Below, piece by piece: positions 8,755-17,104 of a DNA stretch of 64,000 nt. Source of the DNA: an uncultured Bacteroides sp. Lineage in GTDB: Bacteria > Bacteroidota > Bacteroidia > Bacteroidales > Bacteroidaceae. The stretch's first letter is position 1; each line of letters starts with the position of its first letter. A model generated the notes under the pieces. The model made no database searches and was not told the origin of the DNA. It was given only the letters and a program-made list of their open reading frames with translations. The translations under genes were made by a program, and so were the position numbers. The DNA is taken from positions 24,342 through 88,341 of the forward strand of contig CASEYC010000097.1 of NCBI GenBank assembly GCA_949292025.1. Direction: 5' to 3'.

Positions 8755-11190
8755 ATGAAATTCCTTGTAACCTTTCTTTGTGCGTTGTTCCCGTTTTCCT
8801 TGATGGCGGCTTCCGCTCCGGCGGACACCTGCAACCACCGCCTATGGTACACCGCCCCCGCTTCCATTTGGGAGGAAACCCTTCCCTTGGGCAACGGTCG
8901 CCTGGGCATGATGCCCGACGGTGGCATCGACCGTGAGCATATCGTCCTGAATGAAATCTCCCTGTGGAGCGGCTCGGAGTCCGACTACCGTAACCCCGAG
9001 GCTTCCAAGAGCCTGCCCGCCATCCGTCAACTGCTTTTCGAGGGCAAGAATCTCGAAGCGCAGGAGCTGATGTACGACAGTTTTGTCCCCAAGAAGCAGG
9101 AGACTGACGGCCGCTACGGGGCTTACCAAGTCCTGGGCGACCTGGATATCGATTTCTCTTATCCTGAAGAATTGGGAATGAAGAATTACATCCGTTCTCT
9201 CTCTTTGCGCGACGGTGTGGCCCATACTTCCTTCTCTTTGGGCGGCGTGGACTACGGACGGACGTACTTCGTCTCGCGCCACCGCGACGTGATGCTCATC
9301 CGCCTGACGGCCAGCCGTCCGGGCACCTTGTCCTTCTCGGCCCGATTGAGCCGTGCTGCGCAGGCCACGGTTTCGGCTGATGGCGATGTGTTGCTGATGG
9401 ACGGTCAGCTCTCCAGCGGCAATCCCGACAAGGAGGGCATGAAGTTCCGTGTGGCCATGCGCCTGGTCTCCGGGGGCGGGACAGCCAGCGTTTCCCCGGA
9501 TGGGGGCATCACCTTGAGGGACGGGCAGGAGGCGTGGCTGGTGCTCTCCGCGGCCACTTCCTTTGCGGCGGCTGGCACGGATTTTCCCGGCGGACGCTAT
9601 GCGGAAGTGTGTGACAGCTTGCTGAATGGAGTTGGGGGAATGTCGGGGTTGGAAGCCTCTCACGTCGCTGCCCACCGCGCCCTCTACGACCGTGTATCCC
9701 TCACCCTTCCCGCCTCGCCGGACGACGCTCTGCCCACCAACGAACGCCTCTTGCGCTTTGCGGACCATCCCGTTCCCGGCCTGGCTGCCCTGTACTACAA
9801 CTATGGCCGCTACCTCCTCATTAGCAGTACGCGCCCCGGCTCGCTACCTCCCAACCTGCAGGGCCTGTGGGCCAACGGCGTGCTTACCCCGTGGAACGGC
9901 GACTACCACACCAACATCAACGTCCAGATGAACCACTGGCCGCTGGAGCAGGCGGGTCTGTCCGAGCTCTACGGGCCGCTCACCACGCTGGTGGAACGCC
10001 TGGTTCCTTCGGGCGAGGAGACCGCCCGTGCCTTCTATGGCACCGAAGCCGAGGGCTGGGTGCTGCACATGATGACCAACGTCTGGAACTATACCGCTCC
10101 CGGCGAACATCCCTCCTGGGGTGCCACCAATACAGGCGGGGCATGGCTCTGCGCCCACCTGTGGGAGCACTGGCAGTATTCGCAGGACCGGGCCTATCTG
10201 GAGCGCATCTATCCCGTCCTGAAGGGGGCGGCCCTGTTCTTCGCTTCCACCACGGTGCGCGAGCCACGGCACGGCTGGCTGGTCACGGCGCCCACCTCGT
10301 CGCCGGAGAATGCGTTCTACCTGCCGGGCGACACCCTGCATCCTGTCAGCATCTGCATGGGCCCCACGATGGACGTGCAACTGCTGACCGAACTGTACAC
10401 CCATGTCATTTCTGCTGCCCGCATCTTGGGTCGCGATGGGGATTTGGTTGCCCGCTTGGAGGCGGATTTGAAGCAGTTCCCGCCGATGCAGGTCAGCAAG
10501 GAAGGCTATTTGCAGGAGTGGCTGGAAGATTACCGCGAGGCCGATGTGCATCATCGCCACGTCTCCCACCTCTACGGCCTGCATCCCGCCAACCTTATCT
10601 CGCCCCTCCGCACGCCCGATTTGGCCGAAGCCTGCCGCGTCACGCTGAACCGCCGTGGCGATGAGGCTACCGGCTGGAGCCGCGCGTGGAAGATGAATTT
10701 CTGGGCGCGCCTGGGCGATGGCAACCGGGCATGGAAACTGTTCCGCAGCCTTCTGCAGCCCGCCGTAGATGCCCGGACCGGGGCGCACGGCAGCGGCACC
10801 TTCCCCAACCTGTTTTGCTCGCATCCGCCTTTCCAGATAGACGGCAACTTCGGTGGCACGGCGGGCATCGGCGAGATGCTGTTGCAGAGCCATGAGGGCT
10901 TCATCCACCTCTTGCCTGCCTTGCCAGACTGTTGGAGAGAGGGCAGTTTCCGCAATATGCGGGTGCGTGGCGGCGCGTCGGTCGATTTGGACTGGCAGGA
11001 CGGACACGCCGTGCATGCCACGGTGCATGCCGCTTGCTCGGGTATCTTCCGGGTAAGGATGCCCGCCGGGGCCACGGGGGCTGTGGTGATTGTCGGGGGG
11101 GAGGCTGTAACGCTGTCGGATGAGGTGATGGATCTGGAGTTGTCCGAAGGCGAGGCGGCGGAAATCCGTTTCCTGTTTTCTTCGCGGTAG
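8755..11190 (+). CDS. GH95 alpha-L-fucosidase-type glycoside hydrolase (secreted)
   Basis: Signal peptide MKFLVTFLCALFPFSLMAA. GH95-typical LWYTAPASIWEETLPLGNGRLGMM and NLQGLWANGVLTPWNGDYHTNINVQMNHWP. Confidence 0.85.
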   Translation: MKFLVTFLCALFPFSLMAASAPADTCNHRLWYTAPASIWEETLPLGNGRLGMMPDGGIDREHIVLNEISLWSGSESDYRNPEASKSLPAIRQLLFEGKNLEAQELMYDSFVPKKQETDGRYGAYQVLGDLDIDFSYPEELGMKNYIRSLSLRDGVAHTSFSLGGVDYGRTYFVSRHRDVMLIRLTASRPGTLSFSARLSRAAQATVSADGDVLLMDGQLSSGNPDKEGMKFRVAMRLVSGGGTASVSPDGGITLRDGQEAWLVLSAATSFAAAGTDFPGGRYAEVCDSLLNGVGGMSGLEASHVAAHRALYDRVSLTLPASPDDALPTNERLLRFADHPVPGLAALYYNYGRYLLISSTRPGSLPPNLQGLWANGVLTPWNGDYHTNINVQMNHWPLEQAGLSELYGPLTTLVERLVPSGEETARAFYGTEAEGWVLHMMTNVWNYTAPGEHPSWGATNTGGAWLCAHLWEHWQYSQDRAYLERIYPVLKGAALFFASTTVREPRHGWLVTAPTSSPENAFYLPGDTLHPVSICMGPTMDVQLLTELYTHVISAARILGRDGDLVARLEADLKQFPPMQVSKEGYLQEWLEDYREADVHHRHVSHLYGLHPANLISPLRTPDLAEACRVTLNRRGDEATGWSRAWKMNFWARLGDGNRAWKLFRSLLQPAVDARTGAHGSGTFPNLFCSHPPFQIDGNFGGTAGIGEMLLQSHEGFIHLLPALPDCWREGSFRNMRVRGGASVDLDWQDGHAVHATVHAACSGIFRVRMPAGATGAVVIVGGEAVTLSDEVMDLELSEGEAAEIRFLFSSR

Positions 11191-11216
11191 TTTTTGAAAA
11201 TCCGTTTCTTTTTTCA

Positions 11217-11224
11217 TACCTTTG
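11217..11224 (+). promoter_or_regulatory. Bacteroidota -7 box TACCTTTG
   Basis: Exact TAnnTTTG match upstream of the 11316 gene. Confidence 0.4.
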
Positions 11225-11315
11225 CGGACGTAGCATCCAGGGGAATCTATGAGTCAGGCCAATCCCTGCACGCATGGATTCCCTTATTTATTATACATTT
11301 ATATCCATAAAAGTT

Positions 11316-11765
11316 ATGAAGAAGAAAGTGATTTGGGGCACGCTGATAGTCGTGCTGGTATTGGTGGCGGTCATCAAGGGCAGAAGCTTGTCGGCCTATG
11401 TGGCGGGGGCATGGTTGGAATCGGCAAAAGAGCGCGCGGCAGAGGCCGATGTGCTTAGCTTCCGGTATGCCGGGATTGACTCCCTGTATGAGCGGGAGCG
11501 GTATGCTTATTTCCTGTTTGCCGAAGACCATTCGGCTGGGCAAAGCGACGGTCTGTCCGCCCGCATGGATTCGCTGTTGGTCATCACCTGCGGCGCAGGG
11601 CCGGCTTGGCTGAAGGAAACGGAGGCGGACACCGTGCGTCTGCCCCTCTCGGCATTTGATTTCTGCTTGAAAGAGAATCAATCCATGCAGTTATACCGGG
11701 TGGCCGGCGTGTCGGCAGGCACGGACGGAAACTTGTACCGGTTGAGTAAGATGGTTGTGGAATGA
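11316..11765 (+). CDS. Hypothetical membrane-anchored protein
   Basis: MKKKVIWGTLIVVLVLVAVIKG N-terminal anchor. No recognisable domain. Ends 6 nt before the next gene. Confidence 0.55.
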   Translation: MKKKVIWGTLIVVLVLVAVIKGRSLSAYVAGAWLESAKERAAEADVLSFRYAGIDSLYERERYAYFLFAEDHSAGQSDGLSARMDSLLVITCGAGPAWLKETEADTVRLPLSAFDFCLKENQSMQLYRVAGVSAGTDGNLYRLSKMVVE

Positions 11766-11771
11766 TGGCTT

Positions 11772-12818
11772 ATGTTTAGACAACTCCTTTGTTTTGCCAG
11801 TGTGTGCGCTGCCCTTTGGCTGGCCTCTTGTTCAGTACCATCTTCTTCTGACAATTGGACGGTGGATTTGCTTCATGCGAATGTTGATACCATAGATTAT
11901 TCGACATTTGTCGATTCTGTCAGCTATATACCCTTGGAGGTCTCCGACGAGTGTTTGGTCGGTAAAGTGACTGATGTCATCCTGGCTGATGGGCGTTTGT
12001 TCGTGTTCGATGACAAGCAGCAGGAAATATGGATGTTCAACAGTTCGGGCAAGTACTTGGGCAAACTGGGCCGCAGGGGGGAGGGTCCCGGCGAATACTT
12101 CCATATCGCGCAGGTGGAATATGACCGGCGGGAAAAATTGCTTGCCGTCCTGACGTTCAAGGAAGCTCCCTGTGTGCTGTATTATGCCTTGGACGGCACC
12201 TATGTCAAGTCTGTGGAGTTGGGTATCCAGGCCGATGATTTCAAGATTTGCCCGGACGGCGGTTTCATCCTGTCGTGCGCAGGCCAGGATACCCCGTCCG
12301 CCGGTGTGTATGTGGCCGATGCTGCCGGGGGAAACGTGCGTCCTTTGGTGAAGCGTGCGCCCAATCACTTGGTCTATACGACTTTCGAGTGGGAGTTGTG
12401 TTCCTATAACGATGTCATTTGTTTCCAAGCACCTGTCTTTGCCAATGAAGTGTACCATTGGCAAGGCGATTCTTTGCAGTTGGCATACCCTTTCCGCATG
12501 ATTCCCGAGTTGGGCCAGGACTACGAAGCGACTGTATCCTTGCAGCACATGACGGATTACATCCGCACGAATTACGTGGAGGGAGAAAGATGGATTTACG
12601 CCACCTATTGGTCTGCGGATCCGGACAGGGATTTGCGTGTATGGCTGTATTCGAAGTCGGATGGTAAATCCTGGGTGGGCAAAGGGCTGCGTAACGACAT
12701 GGATGCACGTGGCTCGGCAGCCTGGACCTCGTTCACGGACGGGAATGTGTTTGTCTTGAGCGAAGAGCCGGAAAATCCGGATGACAATCCGGTGATTCGG
12801 ATTCTCCATTTGAAGTGA
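11772..12818 (+). CDS. 6-bladed beta-propeller lipoprotein (BF3164-like family), paralog 1
   Basis: Lipobox ALWLASC. GRRGEGPGEY motif is shared with the 19365 paralog (GGGPGELY). C-terminal DDNPVIRILHLK tail is shared with paralog 3. Confidence 0.7.
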   Translation: MFRQLLCFASVCAALWLASCSVPSSSDNWTVDLLHANVDTIDYSTFVDSVSYIPLEVSDECLVGKVTDVILADGRLFVFDDKQQEIWMFNSSGKYLGKLGRRGEGPGEYFHIAQVEYDRREKLLAVLTFKEAPCVLYYALDGTYVKSVELGIQADDFKICPDGGFILSCAGQDTPSAGVYVADAAGGNVRPLVKRAPNHLVYTTFEWELCSYNDVICFQAPVFANEVYHWQGDSLQLAYPFRMIPELGQDYEATVSLQHMTDYIRTNYVEGERWIYATYWSADPDRDLRVWLYSKSDGKSWVGKGLRNDMDARGSAAWTSFTDGNVFVLSEEPENPDDNPVIRILHLK

Positions 12819-12899
12819 GAAACTATAAGGATCCCTCCTTTTCGCGTAAGCCTGGATGACAATCCCGTCCTGGTGGAAGTGTTTATGAAACCCGGTTGA
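12819..12899 (+). pseudogene. Orphan 3' tail of a beta-propeller-lipoprotein paralog
   Basis: Short frame ...RVSLDDNPVLVEVFMKPG* resembles the C-terminal tails ...PDDNPVIRILHLK* (12818) and ...ADDNPVLALFQLK... (20606). No start codon and no N-terminal body. Confidence 0.4.
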
Positions 12900-13028
12900 T
12901 ATATCCTACGTGTTTTTTGTCCGGGAGGACGGGTTGTATATCAGTCGTGATTGCCAGATGCTTTATGGCAACCAGTCGGATGATTATATGACGTTTGAAC
13001 GGATGGAGCTGGTCAGGAAGGTCGACTG
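12889..13028 (+). pseudogene. Orphan 3' fragment duplicating the end of the 15919..17073 gene
   Basis: 12907..13007 matches 16951..17051 with 4 mismatches in 101 nt (by eye). Encodes YVFFVREDGLYISRDCQMLYGNQSDDYMTFERME. Frame is blocked upstream by TGA at 12886..12888. Confidence 0.75.
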
Positions 13029-13036
13029 ATGGATTG

Positions 13037-13124
13037 GGTTCCGGGTATCTGGAACTGAGTGTTCCGGGCATCTGAAACATTAGGTTCCAGGTATCTGGAA
13101 CCGAGTGTTCCAAGCCCTTGGAAC
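13037..13124. repeat. Tandem array of 4 hairpin-type units, 23-bp period (GTTCC-N-GGAAC family)
   Basis: gttcc at 13038, 13061, 13084 and 13107, each followed by ggaac/gaaac 8-13 nt later. Confidence 0.85.
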
Positions 13125-13200
13125 GGAAGGCGCACGCCCGCGTGTCCGGCTACAGTTGTATAAACTCTTCCTGCGCATTTCATGGTCTGTGTTTTATTTG

Positions 13201-13208
13201 TACCTTTG
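13201..13208 (+). promoter_or_regulatory. Bacteroidota -7 box TACCTTTG
   Basis: Exact TAnnTTTG match 27 nt upstream of the ATG at 13235. Confidence 0.5.
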
Positions 13209-13234
13209 TGCCGTGAACTTAAATTGGTATACCT

Positions 13235-14860
13235 ATGAGAAATTTATGTGGCCTTCTGCTCCTTTTCTGTCTGTTTTCAGCTTGCTCAGGCGGGGGAAGC
13301 CATTCGCGGACGTTGCTTGCGCGTGCCGATTCGTTGTTGGATGTGCAGGCGGACAGCGCATTGCGCCTGTTGCGGCAGGTCTCGCCCCGTCGGTTGGCGG
13401 ACAGGGACGAGCGGATGTATTATGCCCTGCTGTTGTTGCAAGCCAAGTACAAGAACTTCCTCCCGATGACAGGGAGCGATTCGTTGCTGCGCGAGGTGGC
13501 TTCCTACTATGCCCGTACGGGCGATGCCGCCATGCAGGCGCGTGCCTGCTACCTCTTGGGCGGGGTGTACGCCGAACGGCAGGAGGCAGACCGCGCCTTC
13601 AGGGCCTATCACGAAGCGGAACAGTTGGCCCGGCGGGCGGAGGACGGGCGGATTTTGTGCCTGGTGCTCAACCAGTTGGCGCACCTTTGCCTGAACCATG
13701 GCATGGCGGCGCGGGGCGACTCCTTGTATGTGGAGTCCGGACGGCTGGCGCGGCAGGTGGGGGACAGCGTGCGCTGGGCGGAAGCATTGTTGCGCCGGGG
13801 AGTGTATGCCTTGTCACTGGGGGATAGTGCCCACTCCCGGGCAGAACGGCTGATAGAAGAGGGGTACGGACTGGCGCGGCGGTTGCGGTCTGCACGGCTG
13901 TTGCAAATGGCGTATCTCACCCGAAGCGTGTTCTATGGTAATTCCGGGCGAGCTACGCAAGCGTTGGCCGAGGCTAAGGGGTATTTAGAGAATATGCGGG
14001 CAGATTCTGTCGGTTTGGCACGTGCTTATTGCTTGTTGGGAGGCACTTATTTTCAAATGCAGTGGTATGATTCAGCAGAGGTTTATTTGCGTCGGGGCTT
14101 GCTTGCTGGTGATTATGACACAAAGGAAATAGCCTGTGCCTTGTTGGCACGCATTGCCACTTCTCAAGGAGATCAGGAACAGGCTACAGAATGGGAAAAG
14201 CAAAGTTTGGAAAACAAAGTCAAACGGCAAGCTTTGGTGCAGGAGACTAATATGGCTGTGGTTGCCAAGGTGGTTGAACTGGAATCGGTTTTGAGGACCC
14301 GTGATGCCAAGATATATAGGTTGTCTTGGGGCACTGTGATCCTTGTCCTGTTGTTGGGCGGTTGCAGTGTGGTCCTGTGGCTTGTTTGGCGGAAGAAGCG
14401 GAATGTACAACTGCCTGTCAGGCCAATTCCTTCCGAAACGGAAAGGCTGGAAGTTGAGCCAAGTGGGTGGGATTATTTGGCGTTCGGGCAACGAATGAAA
14501 GAGACCGGTTCGTATCGGTTGTTGGTATCCATTTTGGATTATTATAAGAAGCATGCCGACTATGAGCGGCATTGGGACATGAACAAACAGTATGATTTTT
14601 TCAAGCAGGTGGATGTCTTGCTTCCCGGGCATCGGACAGCATTACAGATGCGTTTCCCCGGATTGGAGGAGGGGGAGGTTTTCTGTTGTTACCTGTATAT
14701 GTTGGGACTTTCGGACGAACAAGTTGGCATATTGCTCGAAAGGAACAGAAGTACGACCTACCGAAGACGCAAGTCTATGATGCAGAATGAAATGGGGCTG
14801 GCTACCACAAAGTTGGAGCATTTGGTGCAGGCTTGCCAAATAGTTCCAGAGGTGCACTGA
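13235..14860 (+). CDS. Membrane-tethered regulator: lipoprotein signal + TPR region + single TM + C-terminal HTH
   Basis: Lipobox LFCLFSAC. TPR-like repeats. TM LSWGTVILVLLLGGCSVVLWLVW (about 14324..14389) followed by RKKR. C-terminal LGLSDEQVGILLERNRSTTYRRRKSMMQ looks like an HTH. Same architecture as the 39049 gene. Confidence 0.65.
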   Translation: MRNLCGLLLLFCLFSACSGGGSHSRTLLARADSLLDVQADSALRLLRQVSPRRLADRDERMYYALLLLQAKYKNFLPMTGSDSLLREVASYYARTGDAAMQARACYLLGGVYAERQEADRAFRAYHEAEQLARRAEDGRILCLVLNQLAHLCLNHGMAARGDSLYVESGRLARQVGDSVRWAEALLRRGVYALSLGDSAHSRAERLIEEGYGLARRLRSARLLQMAYLTRSVFYGNSGRATQALAEAKGYLENMRADSVGLARAYCLLGGTYFQMQWYDSAEVYLRRGLLAGDYDTKEIACALLARIATSQGDQEQATEWEKQSLENKVKRQALVQETNMAVVAKVVELESVLRTRDAKIYRLSWGTVILVLLLGGCSVVLWLVWRKKRNVQLPVRPIPSETERLEVEPSGWDYLAFGQRMKETGSYRLLVSILDYYKKHADYERHWDMNKQYDFFKQVDVLLPGHRTALQMRFPGLEEGEVFCCYLYMLGLSDEQVGILLERNRSTTYRRRKSMMQNEMGLATTKLEHLVQACQIVPEVH

Positions 14861-14868
14861 ACGTGCGA

Positions 14869-14938
14869 ATGCAACAAATGCAACACCGGAAAATGGCTCG
14901 CTTGGTGAAAATGCAACAAAGATGCAACAAATGCAAAG
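14869..14938 (+). promoter_or_regulatory. Five direct copies of ATGCAA(C/A)A just upstream of a -7 box
   Basis: Copies at 14869, 14878, 14911, 14922 and 14931. They lie between the regulator stop (14860) and the TAACTTTG box (14952). Confidence 0.5.
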
Positions 14939-14951
14939 CCTGAAATTGCAC

Positions 14952-14959
14952 TAACTTTG
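14952..14959 (+). promoter_or_regulatory. Bacteroidota -7 box TAACTTTG
   Basis: Exact TAnnTTTG match 46 nt upstream of the ATG at 15006. Confidence 0.45.
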
Positions 14960-15005
14960 CGCCAAATTCAAGAAGGATGATTGTTTCACTTAAAAATACA
15001 ATAAG

Positions 15006-15386
15006 ATGAAAAATTTAGTAATTGCTTTTTTAGTATGCTTGAGTCTCCCGTTGGGCATTTGTCATGCGGAAGAGAAGGAGTCTGAAACGGAACAGGAGCC
15101 CATACACCTTGAAAGATTAATTTGGGGTGAGCCTCCTACACGTTCTTTGCAACCGGCAGTGCCGGAGGCTTATGTGTGCGGTAGCGAAGTGAACGTCACG
15201 TTTGACGAACCGGTGTCGTATGTCAACGTCAGCATCTGCAAGGCAATCAGTGACGAGCCGGTCTATGAGACGGCATATACCTATGCTGCCGATGTATGCA
15301 TTGATTTGTCCGCTTGGGGCAAAGGCAATTATGTGATTTATCTGGAGACGGAAACCGCTGTCTATAAGGGCAGCTTTTCGTTGTGA
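15006..15386 (+). CDS. Small secreted protein (DUF3244-like, from memory)
   Basis: Signal peptide MKNLVIAFLVCLSLPLGICHA. About 100-aa beta-rich body ending ...YLETETAVYKGSFSL. Confidence 0.5.
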   Translation: MKNLVIAFLVCLSLPLGICHAEEKESETEQEPIHLERLIWGEPPTRSLQPAVPEAYVCGSEVNVTFDEPVSYVNVSICKAISDEPVYETAYTYAADVCIDLSAWGKGNYVIYLETETAVYKGSFSL

Positions 15387-15409
15387 GTGTGCTATGTAAA
15401 GTGTAAAAA

Positions 15410-15461
15410 GGAGGCACCCGGCACCGTTTATTTGTTGGCGCAAATGAAGGCCGGGTGCTCC
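15410..15461 (+). terminator. Inverted repeat (12 bp + 1 bulge, 27-nt loop) after the 15006 gene
   Basis: ggaggcacccggc pairs with gccgggtgctcc. No adjacent T-tract, so terminator function is uncertain. Confidence 0.3.
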
Positions 15462-15504
15462 GTAACCACCTAAAAAAGAAAGGAGGTGCGCCAAAGGTAC
15501 GAAT

Positions 15505-15512
15505 TAAGTTTG
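15505..15512 (+). promoter_or_regulatory. Bacteroidota -7 box TAAGTTTG
   Basis: Exact TAnnTTTG match 84 nt upstream of peptide gene 1. Confidence 0.4.
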
Positions 15513-15595
15513 AAAGGGCAATGCGGTTGTCCTGTCCGTTGAAAGGATATATACGGAGAAAAAATCGAAATTTTAAAACTTAAAATGAAGAAAAA

Positions 15596-15823
15596 ATGAA
15601 AAAGAAAGCAGTAAGAATAGCCCTGCTTGCCGTGGTTGCAGCGGTGGCAGGATATGGAGCTTATCAGGCTCAAATGGAAGATGAAATGGTGTCGGATTTG
15701 GCGTTGGCTAATGTGGAGGCGTTAGCTGCTGGAGAAGACGGTTGGAATTGTCGCATAGATTTAGATTACACACATTATTGCAATTATTATGATTATGGTT
15801 CTTTGTGTCCTTGCGGATTTTAA
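15596..15823 (+). CDS. NVEALA-family small precursor peptide 1 (75 aa, 4-Cys C-terminal core)
   Basis: MKKK + hydrophobic helix, then the literal motif VSDLALANVEALA. Followed by AGEDGWNCRIDLDYTHYCNYYDYGSLCPCGF. Confidence 0.8.
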   Translation: MKKKAVRIALLAVVAAVAGYGAYQAQMEDEMVSDLALANVEALAAGEDGWNCRIDLDYTHYCNYYDYGSLCPCGF

Positions 15824-15918
15824 TGGATAGATATAACGTGGATGGATGTGCCAAGATTGGGATTCAATATCATATAAGATTTTGGTACATTCATCTTTCA
15901 TCTTAGTTGTAAATTCGT

Positions 15919-17073
15919 ATGATTAGAGTCATTCTTTTAGTATTTTTGTTGTGTGCGTGTATTTCTTGCAATAAGCGTTCAGAAACAGGGCGTTTGGACA
16001 CGCACGAATTGAGGGCCACTGGCGAAGTAAAGAAATTCGAGTTGGATACGGATGTCCGTTACAATTGCAATTATCTTTATCTGTTCCGGGACAAGGCCGG
16101 GCGTGAATACCTGTCTTTCCTGAACTATCGCACGAATCAAATATACTTTTACGACTGGAGCACGGCGCAGTGTGTGCGCAAGCTGGAACTGAATGCTGAG
16201 GGACCGGACGGGGTGGTCTTGTGTTCCGGCTATTATGTGAAGGACTTTGACAATATCTATGTGACGACTTATGCCTATAAGGGACTGATACGTGTGGACA
16301 CGACCGCTCATATTGTGCAGAAGATTCCTTATGGTGTGACGCAGGACGGTTATGAGGTGGTGCCTGCTTATGCGCCTTCATCGGTGCACTACAATGCCCC
16401 TGTGATTGTGGGGGACAGCATTTATATTGTGCAACCCCCTTCCCGCTTTTGTCCTGTGGAGCAGACTCCCCTGTCGGTCGTGATAGACACGGCGCGGCAT
16501 CAGTGCACGTCGTTCCCGCTCACGTACGAAGTATTGACAGACAAGGAGATGTCGACCAATTATTATTCTGTTTTCAGCCGCATATTCGACGGGGAGAATT
16601 TTATCTACTCTTTTGCGGTGAAGGAGGACATCCTTGTCGTCTCGCCGGACCACCGGCGTGTGGAGCCGATAAGGGTCAAGAGCCGTTACTTGGACGATGT
16701 GACGGACGTGCAGGAGAACTCGTCTGCCGGTCCCAAACTGAATCTGGAGTATCCCCGCTATGGCGATTTGATCTATGACCCCTACCGGGAGGTCTATTAC
16801 CGTTTTGCCTATCCTCGGGTGGAGTTGGAGAATGATATGAACTGGTGGGGAAAAGCCTTGTTCGGACGTAAAAAATTCTCGGTAATTATCCTGGATAAGG
16901 ACTTCCGGACTATCGGCGAGACCTTGTTTCCTGAATCCGTCTACAATTCCTACGTGTTTTTTGTCAGGGAGGACGGTTTGTATATCAGTCGTGATTACCA
17001 GATGCTTTATGGCAATCAGTCGGATGATTATATGACGTTTGAACGGATGGAATTGATTGGGAAAGACAACTGA
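15919..17073 (+). CDS. Beta-propeller-type lipoprotein, paralog 2 (BF3164/DUF4221-like, family assignment tentative)
   Basis: Lipobox LLCACISC. 384 aa and beta-rich. Its 3' end is duplicated at 12907..13007. Confidence 0.6.
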   Translation: MIRVILLVFLLCACISCNKRSETGRLDTHELRATGEVKKFELDTDVRYNCNYLYLFRDKAGREYLSFLNYRTNQIYFYDWSTAQCVRKLELNAEGPDGVVLCSGYYVKDFDNIYVTTYAYKGLIRVDTTAHIVQKIPYGVTQDGYEVVPAYAPSSVHYNAPVIVGDSIYIVQPPSRFCPVEQTPLSVVIDTARHQCTSFPLTYEVLTDKEMSTNYYSVFSRIFDGENFIYSFAVKEDILVVSPDHRRVEPIRVKSRYLDDVTDVQENSSAGPKLNLEYPRYGDLIYDPYREVYYRFAYPRVELENDMNWWGKALFGRKKFSVIILDKDFRTIGETLFPESVYNSYVFFVREDGLYISRDYQMLYGNQSDDYMTFERMELIGKDN

Positions 17074-17104
17074 TATATTTAATTTTTGGAAAGCGTTTTT
17101 TTGT

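Noticed and set aside
13105-13827. 240-aa plus-strand ORF overlapping the regulator gene in another frame
   Set aside because: It starts inside the hairpin repeat array and runs through the promoter box. Its Arg/Gly/Ala-rich translation contrasts with the coherent lipobox-TPR protein in the 13235 frame.
15498-15916. Inverted repeat flanking peptide gene 1, analogous to the one around peptide gene 2
   Set aside because: Only an 8-bp match (tacgaatt / aattcgta) was found. This is compatible with chance in regions of this size.
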